From positions 5,799,190-5,863,189 of the forward strand of contig OZ037771.1 in the NCBI GenBank assembly GCA_964035545.1: DNA of 64,000 bases. The letters are read 5' to 3'. The position numbers were made by a program, and so were the translations under genes. Origin of the DNA: Bugula neritina (Eukaryota; Animalia; Bryozoa). The notes below the pieces were generated by a model, which saw nothing but the letters and a program-made list of their open reading frames with translations, ran no database searches and was not told where the DNA came from. Position 1 is the stretch's first letter; every line of letters starts with the position of its first letter. Positions 25,501 through 37,721 of this stretch are shown here, piece by piece.

Positions 25501-28500
25501 GTACTTACTTGGGAGGTAGTTACTTTACCTATTTGTGTAGTCGTTAGTATTCTGTATACAGTAGAGCTTGCACTCTTATGGTTACCTACCCGTGTAGAGT
25601 TGACACATGACATGTGGTCAGATCAGCGTATTTCCTTTAGAATTTCTTGGAAAGCAATTTATACAGTGCATATAGTGTCGGTGCCAAAAGGGTTTGCACT
25701 CTTTTGTAGTTGAAACAATTATTTTTCAACATAATATCATATCTAAGTCATTTTATTTATTTATATATTAATTACTTCTTAAAAAAGCTGTTTTTTGGAA
25801 ATACATAATAGTTCAGGTTTTCAAAGCCTATGTTACAGCCTCTGCTTTATACAGTCTTTCTTTTTATCTATACTATTCGGCAAAAAATTTGCAGTCATAT
25901 TTTATTTTTTTGTCCATTTTCAACAGTAAATAATGTGCAGTATACTCTCTACTTAATCATTTCAATCTAATTTCTGGTTACATTGTATTTCTTACAAGTA
26001 ATTGATCTATATAAGACTTTCATACAATCTATTATTTATCACTATTACAGAACCAAAAACAAATACTTTTGCATGTTTCAATACTAATAAGTTTGTTATT
26101 CTTTTTATTTATTAGCAACTTTCTGGTACGAAAGTCCCCACTTGCTCATTTGGGGGGACAAATTTAGTTCATCAGATTCGCTTGACTGACTTCACCATAA
26201 AAACATCATCATGTGTGAATCCTAGAAGACTGAGCTGTGGTTGTCAAGTTCCAGGTGCTGCCTGCTGTCATACTACCTGTACCTGTTTAGTATATTTAAG
26301 TTTCTATGTATTGCATAACGCTTATCTATCTGAGTATATTATAATATAGTACAATAACATGCATGTCTATGTATAATATAATGTATTATATGATCATCTG
26401 AAAACTTAAATATTGCATAATGTAATATATATCATCTAACTATATCTTGATATTGTCTAATATAATGCATTATACATGTTTCTACAGGGTGTGTACTAAT
26501 ATAATGTAATACTATCTAAATATCATTATATTGTATAATACACTATAATGTATTATACACATTTAATAGCTGTATTCGTATTACTGTTTGTATTCTTATC
26601 TATATACACTATTATGTATTTATTTTACAGATTGTAGAATAATTGAAGTTATTTTTGAGGTAATCTGTAACTTGCTTGTTTTGCAGAGACTGAAATAGCC
26701 TGTGGATGCAGTTATTGTGCTAATGGTGGGACATGCAACCGGCTCACCCACTCTTGTGATTGTCCTAGTGGCTATACTGGGGCATCATGTTCCATCTCTG
26801 AAGAGTCTCTACCCAAGTGTGGAGTAGCCGATACACTCATCTGTAGAAATGGAGCTAAATGTGAGAATTTAAAGCTTTGTTTACTAAAAAAACTAATTTT
26901 AAATTGTAATTATAGCAGCACTCGATCGCTGTATAACAAGCTGGTCTATTAACCCACAGAAATTATTAAAGTCAGCAAACTACTAACATTACGTTTCTGA
27001 GTTTTGCATTTTGCAAATGGATTTTTTATTTGATGTTTGGAAACAGTGACATCGAATGAAACCCCAACCGTAAATTCGTGCAAACCGCAAACAGAAAATC
27101 ATCCGTAGGAGCATTATATATTCGCATTATATAAAACGCAATATGTAACAGAATTAGGTAACAGGTTTGCAGTCAATAGACCTTTTTCAGAGGTCTCCGA
27201 TATCCAATTTACAATTAAGAGTTGTGTTCTCCCAAAGTGAATAGGTTAAACCTTTGTATAAAGAGCAAACTCGTTAAAACTTTAAATTTTGGCTGCTACT
27301 TAAAATTTTAATTATGCAATAGAATTGTTCTTTTAGGAGATAGATATTTTGATATAAGCACAATTATTGGCAGTTCAAAAAAAGTTTTATAGATATTTCT
27401 TCATGAAAAATTTTGAAGAAAATAAACTTGAAAGCATTTTTGTGGTTTTTGTTACTGGCAATGCTGAAGAAGCACTTCAGCATTGCTCAGTAACCAAAAC
27501 CACAAAAATACGTTTAGGTTTATTTTGTTCAACCATTTTCATTTTAAGAGAACACAACTCTTAATTGTAAGGGGGGCTATTGGGAACCTCTGAAAAAGGT
27601 CTATTGACTGCAAACCTGCTTCCTAATTCTGTTACATATTGCGTTTTCATAGCTCTGAAAAGGGTTTATTCAATTCAATTAAATTATATTATAAATACAA
27701 GCATGTAATGAAATATGTAGTTCATTAGCAAAACTAGAAGAAAGATCTGCTTTCTCAAGAAATTGTTTGAGCATATAATACATTTCAGGCAAATGCCATT
27801 TTTTCAACAAAAGTTTAAAAATTATGTTCTAGTACTCAAATAAAATTGTTTCTGGAATTTTCCAAGCTAATGTTTTTATAATGATAGCCCACTAAAAGTT
27901 AAATTCACAGCCTAACTTAGCTTAAAATACTCTAACTAATACACACATGACACTTTCAGGCGTAGACAACATGTGTGACTGTCTAACTGGTTGGGTAGGA
28001 GTGGAGTGTGACCTTAGCGTGACCTGTACTGTGCCGTTTCCATGCAAGCCGTGGCAGCAATGTGCCTCTCTGCTGTCACTAGTTGAGGCAGATAAACTCT
28101 CGTCTAAGATGCATGAGTTTCTCCATACAAAGCTCCAGTGTCTAGGTAATGGTTATTGTTGCTACATAGTATATATTTTGAGAGTTGTCTACACCATCTG
28201 GGTATGTATTTTGTGTGAGTTGTCTACACTATGTGGGTATATATTTGGTGTGATTTGTTCACACCATGTGGGTATGTTTACAGTATATGAATATATTATA
28301 TTATTACAATATTTTGCTTTAGTTCATTATATTTTATCCTATTGTATTGTATTGTAATTCATTTTAATTATGATATTGCATTATACTTTATTATACAATA
28401 ATATACTATAATACATTATATTATTTTATATTGTGTCATATCATATCATGCCTATATCATATTATGTATTATACTATATTAAGTATTAGATTCTATTATA

Positions 28501-29037
28501 CTATAATTATTATATTTTTTATTTTGTGGTTTATTTTACTTTATTATATTCTAGTTAAATTTTGGTAAACATAGATATCATAAAATTACAAGCTGGATAC
28601 TTTATTCATATATCATCTGTTCTATAAAAAGTTATTTATTCTGAACACAGACCCTGTGAACTATCCATGTCCATTATTTAATAATGCAAAATTATAACAT
28701 TATAATAATGCATATTCACCTACATAATATAAGATTGAAATTGCTTCTGTAGACATCTCTCTACTGATGACTCAAACTTTTCCTTCCACTTCTTTGTATT
28801 GCTCAAAAGAAGACAATTCTGATTGTGAAAAAGTTGAAAACTCTATCTGCACGCAATTTGAAGATTACCATCTGTGTAGATGCCCTCTATATATACCTTA
28901 CAGCCAATCTCATACAAAGTGTTCCAGTAAACTACCTTGTAAGTAGAGGTGTATATGTTGGTTAAATACAGTGTAAATATGTGTGTGGGTGCATGCATGT
29001 GTGTGTATGTGATGACTTATTACTGCATTTCAATAGG

Positions 29038-29129
<92 letters not shown>

Positions 29130-31231
29130 GTGAAATGTGAGAGAGCTAGAGATTGCTATGCCCTGAGTGGACCACACACCTGTGCCTCTCCCCATCAGTT
29201 TGAACACCCGGAACAGGCAGCTGAGGAGGATCAGGAAAAAGAAGAGGATCATGAACATGAAGAGTTCACAGAACATCTCGTTAAATACTGTCACTGTATA
29301 AATGAGCAAAAGGTAAGAATTAGTGCTTCACTCTTCTCAGACTTTTCTAACTTATTTCAAACAGTAGTACTCGCTAGTTAGCTTGTAAATGTGTGTTCTA
29401 AAAGTAGAAGCAATGAATTTTTCTGTTTTCTTTTTCATTCCAATGTTGCAAAATCATATTAGCTCTTGGCCTTCATACAAATGTTTGAACAACAGTTTAT
29501 ACACATTTCTTTACACAATCATGCAACACCGTTCTGCACATATGCTATTACCCTTTTAGAGAGACTTGTTTTCCTTACAATGCAATAGAGATGATGAAGA
29601 TCTAGACGCGATAAGTGTAGCAGCCCTTGATTGGAAACTCTGGCATGTGTTACTCATCATTGGCTCTGTGACTGTGACGTTTATATTAGTGGGCATCACT
29701 GCAGCGTCATATGGTCGTATTGGCAATGGGTAAGAAATTGTCTACACAATTACATAACTGTTACCTTCTCTGTAGACTAACATCATGTGTTGTGATTCAT
29801 TCTTTTGGCTTTTTCATTATTCACATTTTTTTCACTCTCCATTTTATCGAGGTTGGTGCAGTATTAGCGAAATTGAGAAAAGCCCGTACTCTAGATGTGA
29901 GAAGTAGCAAGATTGAAGCTATGTTCTCACTTAAGAGTTTCAATCAGCGCACCCAGCGCACCAACTCAGACTTTATTAAGAGATTTAAATAACTTTAGCT
30001 AACAAAATTTTTTTCCGCTGCTCTTAAATTATTTTATTATTAGTAGTTTTCTACTCTTTTTGCTTTGTATCCTAAAACATTCTTAGATTGAGGCTTGACA
30101 TATTGGATGAAAAGTTACAGAAACGCTTTGGAATAAATGCCTTGTCGCACCTGCTAGGTAAACGTCGCTCATCTGAAAACCCACGAGCTAAAGCGTCTCA
30201 AGGTGAGCTATCTAAGCCGGCTGCTAGAGATTCATGCAGCAGCCATATTGTACTACATGAGGCAATTAACGAGAAAAATTAATTCAGTTTGCTAAATTAA
30301 AAACATGAATTGAAACTCAGAAAGCGTGCTCACTATAAATGGTAACCATCAAATTCAAGCAAATTCACACTCACTGTTCAGCATGTTATTCGCATGAAAT
30401 CTGCACTCAACAGCTCATTTTTGGGTAAGCCAAGTTTTCTGCACCCAGTCTGTGCTGGAAATCTGTGTGGTGTAGCCCTATGCTTTGCGTGCCAGTTTGC
30501 AAGCTGGAGGTCTCGGGTTCAAATCCCAGTGGGGGCAATGAGTTTATATAGTGTTCTACGGTTGCTTGACGTGTATTGATAAAGTTGTTATTGTGAACTA
30601 TTAACAAATTTCATGATATGATTCACGGCCTTCTTGTATTGTACATCACGTGACATCTTTTATGTATGTTCAGTCCGCAGTAGCAGAAGTTCAGTGAGGA
30701 AACACAGCTCGAGACTAAGGAATGACAACCACTACTATAAGAAGTCAGATACTCAGCATAGCCCGAGTGAGCCTTTCCCAGCCCAGTCTGACCTTCAACC
30801 TTCCAGACTCCCGTCTACTATAGAAAATTCCAGTCGAGTTACTCAAGCTAGCAATCATCGGCACAGCAAAAAGAAGGTAACATATTGTACTTTTATTACA
30901 GGCATATATTATATTATCTCCCATCTTTACAAAATAACCCAAAAATATGCTATGAGATTTTTTACACTTATCTTGGATTTTTAATTCATATTTATTGTAA
31001 CAGTCTTGCTACCCCATCGCATATATACATATTTGTGATAATGTTTTCTTAACAGTTAATAGAATAAACAATTGAGTATATAATAATGTGTCTACACCAT
31101 GATGTGGGAAGGGGGGTTTAGCCACAAGCTCGTGTGTCGACTAATTTCAAGTTCTGGTCATAATATTTGTACAGGCTAAGAAGAAGCGGCATAGCCCTAG
31201 AATGTCAAATTCAACCACTAGCTACGTTTAG
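16544..31231 (+). CDS. Orphan type-I membrane receptor, paralogue 2: same architecture, tail ends ...STTSYV (about 1330 aa, 23 exons)
   Basis: Exons: 16544-16752, 17619-17771, 18083-18929, 19572-19672, 19858-20036, 20636-20757, 21212-21272, 21939-22097, 22274-22378, 22828-22955, 23195-23363, 23934-24061, 24436-24524, 25389-25515, 26116-26254, 26687-26860, 27960-28145, 28753-28938, 29131-29312, 29560-29729, 30087-30202, 30674-30876, 31175-31231. Exon-by-exon homology to paralogue 1, e.g. IDFCELNTFLWT vs IDFCNLSSFLWT, MTLSGNPLSCGCSMAFFRRFT vs MTLSGNNLECSCKMAYFRRFT, ETEIACGCSYC vs ETETACGCGYC. TM: VLLIIGSVTVTFILVGITAA. Confidence 0.85.
17758..17862. repeat. 28-bp tandem repeat duplicating an exon end and its donor
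   Basis: TCATATGGTACTGAGTAAGTATAACATA x3 plus a degenerate fourth copy. Confidence 0.9.
24998..25305. mobile_element. Non-autonomous TIR element, possibly hAT
   Basis: TIRs of about 55 bp (CCCCTAGACACACTTTGCC…TAACGTAAAATGTCAGCCATTTT and its inverse); imperfect 8-bp flanks TAGCAGTC / CAACAGTC. Confidence 0.75.
27133..27670. mobile_element. Foldback/composite TIR element with about 100-bp inverted arms and an internal hairpin
   Basis: 27133-27232 is the inverse of about 27547-27647 and includes AATAGACCTTTTTCAGAGG; second hairpin at about 27435-27512. Confidence 0.75.
29039..29125. repeat. (TA)n microsatellite
   Basis: About 85 bp of pure TA repeat. Confidence 0.98.
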
Positions 31232-33663
31232 TTTGCAGTGGAAGTGCCATTACCTGCAGTGTGACAACTCCATAATTCGCTTTTTTGGAATTTATAATAT
31301 TATTTCTTAGTTGTCTGCTCTTACAAACTTTTGCATCTCTCCTGTCAGTATATAGCATTATGATTATGATTGCTGTAACTTATACTCATTTTATATATAT
31401 AACTTACTTTGTATTCTATAAGTTACTTACACAAAATAAATTTTTCATTGATGTCTGTAAAACAAGTCTATGAATTCTTTCTGCAACTACTGGATAAGAG
31501 CTCTTATCTTTGTCTCTGGTGGTTTATAGATATAATGTAAAATTTTTCTTGTAGCCTCAGGCAACTTGCATAGTTTTGAGTAAATTAAAAACGAAAGCAT
31601 ATTTCTCATAGTTCCACTCAATTGCCACATTCAAGCTTTTTATTGAGATTCTTAATCGATCAAACAAAGCAGTCATTTCTATTCTCGTATAAAATTTCTA
31701 GCCCAATGTTATGGCTACCTAGTCAGTATAAACTACAAAATTGATAGTCACTGTTTAACTTGTTCTTCCCTCAGCAACTCATATAATGCAAAACACTATT
31801 CATACTGATGATATCTTTGCGAGTGATTGAAAGGCAGCAGCAGTCATGCTCTCCTGTTCAGCTGGATGTAGCAAGTTTCTTACACTCACTGTCTGACTAG
31901 TACCCTTGATCTAGTGCTGTCACTGTCTGAGTAGTACCCTGGGTACATTGCTGTCACTCTCATTGTTAATAGACTCACATACACCCCTGAGTATTATTTT
32001 ATGTTAGCTATATATTAGAGTCTAGAGTCTAGACTATAGTTAGACAAATATCCAACATGGTTCCTTGATGACAGTTGTTGGATAAATGTAGTTTTCTTTA
32101 TATAAAAATGTTTAAATACAACTTGTGAATTATGGGAAATACTTTAAAATTGTAATTAGAACAATATTTTTTTAGGTTGTATAGTTGAGTATAATATTTT
32201 CAATAGCTTAAATTACATTTGTTGTTGCTTGGTACAAAATTAGGCTTTAAATTTTTTCAATTGGACACCATATAAAATATAGTGGTTCAAAATATAACAG
32301 CTAACTATAACAACAGCAATCTCGCCACAGCCTTATGGTAACTCATTTATTCTTTAACCTAGCCAACTAAGAACTACAATTTCGTTTGTAAATCCAGTCA
32401 ATTGTCAATATAAGATCTTGTCTACCCATTGAATTTTAATATTGCTGCCATATCAATTGACAACAGCGGCAGCTTCTTTCACCTGTAGAAAGAAACAGTA
32501 TCAGGTTTCAATTTCCTATCAGCAGAACTTTACAGATGAAAATTGAAATATGAAATTTTTATCTAAAAGCTTTAACTAATTATAAATTCTTTAGAAATTA
32601 TAGAATATTTATTTATGGCATGATTTACACTCAAATTTAAATTCATAAACTTTTATTTGAAAGGTTCACAGTAAAACCATCAAAAATATTTTTTAAAAAA
32701 TGCAGCTGTTACAAAAAACATGCATGGGAATTAGTAAGTTAGTAATGCAATTTTGAGCATGTGAGAGTGTTTTTATAAAGTGAACTTTAAAAAATAATCT
32801 ACTTCAATTGTAATATTGTCAATTTTATATTACCATATTACTATATTATCTTATTACTAAATTACCGTAATACCATAATACCACATTCACATTGTATTGT
32901 AACGTGCATACAGTGTATACTCTGTTTAGAAGAGTAGCCCTATGTTAGATGTAATATAATTATTATCTGCAAGCACTTGTTTTAAACTGCAAAAAAATGG
33001 AAAAATTTATGACGTGTTATATAACAAAAATAATTATTGATGACTGTTTGAAATATTGAAAATTATTGTATGAGAAAAATTATAATGCAACTAGTTTCCT
33101 GATATATCCCGACCTTCACTTCTTTTTCATCACTTATAATACTTGATGCCCACACAGTAAACCATGTTACAGCATCTATGAAAGTTTAACACTGTTTTTA
33201 TACCACCAAGCATTATTATCAGCCTGTAGAATACATCCAGTTACAATAACATTACATAATATTTCTTACCAATAGAGAATACTTGCTTTAGATGTATATT
33301 AGGCAATACATCTGAGGCTCGCGCTTTTCATGTATTGATACAATCAGCAAGTAGTTATACCTGCACAATTCACCTGGGAGATATGACGATAATATCTATA
33401 CCTTTGTAAATAGCCTGCATATAATGCAACGGCACACACTGTGACACACTTTATATATCATTATACAAACTCTCCTGTGAACAGTTGCAAGTCTCTAGGC
33501 AGACAGAACTGTAGGATCTACAAATACTGACATCGCATTATGGCAGCTCAGTTTTAAAGATTATTCATTCTTGTTGGCTCTTCTACTTTAAGAACTTTAA
33601 TATCTAGCTACTTAAAGAAACTAATGTTTTTAACTATACTGGATTATTATAACATTCTGTGAA

Positions 33664-36600
33664 ATGACGGCAAACCCAAATGAGTACATGACTTTCAATA
33701 GGAGAAAAATAATTATCTGTGAGAAAGATGAGCAGACAGCTAACAGAGCTAAGAGCTTAGCTACAAAGTCAGCTACTGGAATTGATCGGTGTAATAACAC
33801 TTTGTCATCTGCTGGTGTGAGGTCAGCCACCGGTGATCAATCTGCTAGAGTATTGCGGCACAGTTCCAGATCACCAGACCGTGGCAGCAAGAATGTCACG
33901 TTTGACCCTCTGCCACAAAGTCACACAATACTCGTAAAGTCAGCGGGTGCAAGCAGCAAGCGAGTAGCTGATAAAATTCACCACAGAGCTTCACCACCAC
34001 GAATTTCTCTGTCTAATAGAAACAGAGACATTGTAACAGGTAAAGACAGATCATCAGAACGTTGTGCTGCTATTAGTGGTGAGAGTGCTGATACAGCTGT
34101 CACTACCCGCAGAGTTCATAAAACGCTGCCAGAAGAGTGTACTGCAGCATATCAAAGATTCACATACCTGCCAGGTAAGAACACTGTTTCACTTCTGTGT
34201 GAAAATAGACAAATAGTTGACCACATGTAGGAAGGTTTAACTATGTCAAGCATAGAACATCATAACCTGTTGCTGCCAAAAGAGAGGCAATACAATTTTT
34301 TTACAGTTGAATATTCAAGACATGAGAGAAAGCACTACAATATACTTTTGCTAATGCCAGGGTGTTACTTACAATATAACGAAAAAGTTAAAAGAAGCCT
34401 TTAGTTTATAATAATTTGAATATTTTTTAAATCCATTCAGATGAGCAAAACCTGCAGTTTTAAGCCTAAAGATGCTACTGAATTACAAGACCACATTAAA
34501 AATCATTTATTAACAATTACTATAAAAATAAATCAAGATTGAACCAGTTACACATCAAAAAGTGTAGCTTCTTTATAAATTAAACCGTACCTATATTACA
34601 CTGTTTAAAATATGTCATGCATGTAAAATACTTTAGTCTAAGACGTAAATACATGATATCATAGACGCATAAACCTCATCAGATGTCCAAAGATTTTCAA
34701 CTTTCTGTGCTTTATGCAGTTTATGTGATGAATACATTGTACATGTATCACTCTAACAACATAAATATAATCATTTGGGTTGTAACATTCACTCTTTCCT
34801 GATTAATTAACAGATTTATTCTCCTTAATATAAAGCCACTGCACATCATTATGTGTTTTGGTATATTTTAATGTTTGAATACCTCATGAATTAGCTGTGT
34901 AAACGTAAAATATTTTATAAATAAGCACTTGTTAGGCAACTAGTTCAAGTTTCAGGATTGATTTGTTAAGATGGTTTCATCCCACTTAGTGGGATGACAC
35001 CGTTAAGATCATGGCAGTTGCTCATTCAAAAGATGAAAGGTGAGATTTGAGTCTTTGCAGGTCAAAACTTTACATGTGTGTAGCTATCACCCATCTGTCT
35101 GCTGTTTATTAATGTTATGGCCTGCTTTATTCATGTTGTAGCTGTAAAGCTGATCTCAGATGATACACCTTCATGGAAAGTTCCAATTCTTCAAAGACGA
35201 AATAAAGAAGTCATTGACAATTTTCTAGTGAGTCAAGTTACGGCAGCTTTTCATGCAGCTTATGTATAATTCTATATGTAATTATACTTTGGAATTCTAT
35301 GTAATTTTGTATGTACATTTTCCATATATACGTATAACGTATGTATATTTTTTATGTACTTCCAGTGTATTCCCTTATATGCTTTCTATTTAACTTGCTC
35401 ATTTGGCTAGATTGCCTGAAATTTCATGACTTGCTCCACATGCTACACTAAGTGTTTTCTAAAATTGTCTTAATAAAATAAAAGTAGACAGCTGGTAAAA
35501 TGGTCAAGGTATTTTTACACTGTAACAGCAAACTGCACTAATTTACAGAGCAAACTTATATGGGTGAAAAAGTTCAAACAGGTGTACTTCATTGCATAAC
35601 TTTTCACAGCAAAGAATGAAACTGGAAAAGCAACTGGTGAAACACAGTGTGCACTTTGAAGAACAAGAGAAGCCAACTATGATGCAAAGAGTCCCTAAAA
35701 CACAAAGCATGGCTCAGAAGGTTGTTTGTAAGATGGTTCCCATAATGCATAGCTTTTTGTAAACATGCACCAACTATAAGACTCTTTTGTCTACATTGCT
35801 ATTGCTGAAAACTTTTATGTACAACCTAACGTTATTTATTCAATGACAAGGTATCAGTACTCCAAATTTTTTGAGATAGGAGTTAGAATTAACAATTAAT
35901 CAACATTGAAGATTAGCATAATATAGCTTGCTGTAATTAGAACCCAGAAACCATATCTAAACTTCAATATATGAATTGAAGATCACTTTAAAGTTCTACA
36001 AATGGTTTCAACTTTTCACCTTAGAACTGTTTTCAACTACTAATTACATATGTTGTGTTTTATTTATATGACAAGCTTCACCAAACAAACTTTTCAATAT
36101 TTTTTCAATAAAAAGTACAAAACTGTTAAAAGTTAGCTGAAATTATTTGCCTAAATAAAATGTAAATTTGTTCTGTCTAGGTTAAAAAGTTTACTAAAAA
36201 CATCTTAATTATTTAATAAATTGTAGTATAGCTATTTGACTCAAAACCAGGGAAAAGATAAAATGTAAATTTGTTCTGTCTAGGTTAAAAAGTTTACTAA
36301 AAACATCTTAATTATTTAATAAATTGTAGTATAGCTATTTGACTCAAAACCAGGGAAAAGATAATATTCCAGTGAAAAGCAAAGAGCCAGATAACTTTGT
36401 GCAGCACTTAATACCTCCTTGGAAACAAGAGCTTCTGATTAGAAGAAAACAGCGTGAGCGGCTAGAGAGTCTCCCAGCGTGGCAGAGAGAACTTATCCTT
36501 AAGAAAAGAGTATCTACTTTAAAAGTTGGCCTAGAAGAAACGTGTAAGATGTCTGGTAGCAGTACCACCCAGCCATTGCTCTGGTCTAAAACGCCAGTTC

Positions 36601-36665
36601 CTCAGTCTACAACCTCAGCTCCCTGGTCTAAAGCAATGCTACGAACAACTGGCAGCTGGAAGTAA
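33664..36665 (+). CDS. Espin/forked-like PxWK-repeat protein A (putative actin-binding)
   Basis: Exons 33664-34174, 35142-35227, 35610-35727, 36373-36665, phases consistent. Motifs TPSWKVPILQRR, IPPWKQELLIRRK and LPAWQRELILKK resemble the espin/forked actin-bundling module peptides (IPEWKRQ, MPAWRRDLL, LAPWQRQVILKK). AATAAA immediately after the stop. The start codon is uncertain. Confidence 0.65.
36155..36364. repeat. Perfect 103-bp tandem duplication
   Basis: ATAAAATGTAAATTTG…CCAGGGAAAAG present twice with period 103. Confidence 0.9.
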
Positions 36666-37721
36666 ATAAAACAAGTGACTCAAAAGATTAAATAAACGAT
36701 CCAGTTTTTATATCGGCCTAATATAATATTCTTTTTTCAAGCATTTGTATGTTAGTCATCGCAGATAGTTACTCAAAATTGTTAACTTATATAATATATT
36801 TTTAAAACATAATATTGCCTGTAAGACTTGTAGCTTTAATGTAGCAGTTGCAGCATTATCATGTATATCAGTGGACTTAGCCACGCCCATTTGGTGAGGT
36901 TAAGCAAAGTGTAGAATAGGAGATCTTCTTGAAAATGTCATCTAATGCTGCTAATTGTAGAACAAGTGTGATTAATAAACCTGCTCTATTTTGTTTATCT
37001 GTTTGTTTTTTCTCTGATCTTAACATTGTATTTATTTATTTAATTTTAAAATAGTTGATTGTGTTTTTGCTATAACTTCAGGCTAGCACTATGGCGGCTG
37101 CTTACAAGTGATGCTAGATGCTTCAGGTGTAGTCATTCAATGAAATTTATTATTCAGTACATGTGTTTAAATATAATCAAATTTAATGGACTCTTCTATT
37201 TATATGAATTTGTTTCATGTGCTTATACCTAAATAATTTGGGATTATTTTTCATAATTTTGCTAGCTATGGAATTAGAACAAAATATTTCAAAATAAAGC
37301 GTTCTCTGTGAATAATTATACTTGTATTTCTACAACACACACCACAGTAATTGTACGACAATAATAACAATCTGAAGTGAAATAAAAATAAAAGATGGAA
37401 ATACTGCTATACTGTCTAACATTTATAAATATGCTCCGGTGATAATTGTTTATACATTATTAGTAATACGCTAGCAATTCAGCAGATATCATTTTGTATT
37501 TTAAATTGTGTAAATATTTTATGCATTTTAAAGTTTAGCTATCACTGTATACTGCCTAGTGAGATAACAAGCTAAAGCATGCACTTAGCTTTATATATAT
37601 AGTAAGTTGAGCATAACTAACTTGACTTAAAACAACATGAGAGACACAAATTATTACATATTCTTATTTGAAATGTAGGAAAATATTTTTTTTGTATAAG
37701 ATATATATTATAGCTGGTGAG

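Noticed and set aside
29711-29992. 93-aa ORF after the paralogue 2 TM exon
   Set aside because: Different frame from the TM exon; splicing 29729 to 30087 is phase-consistent and homologous to paralogue 1.
1522-31231. Calling the receptor pair Toll-like receptors or Slit
   Set aside because: No TIR domain in either tail; Slit is secreted, with four canonical LRR domains, laminin-G and a cystine knot, none of which is seen here.
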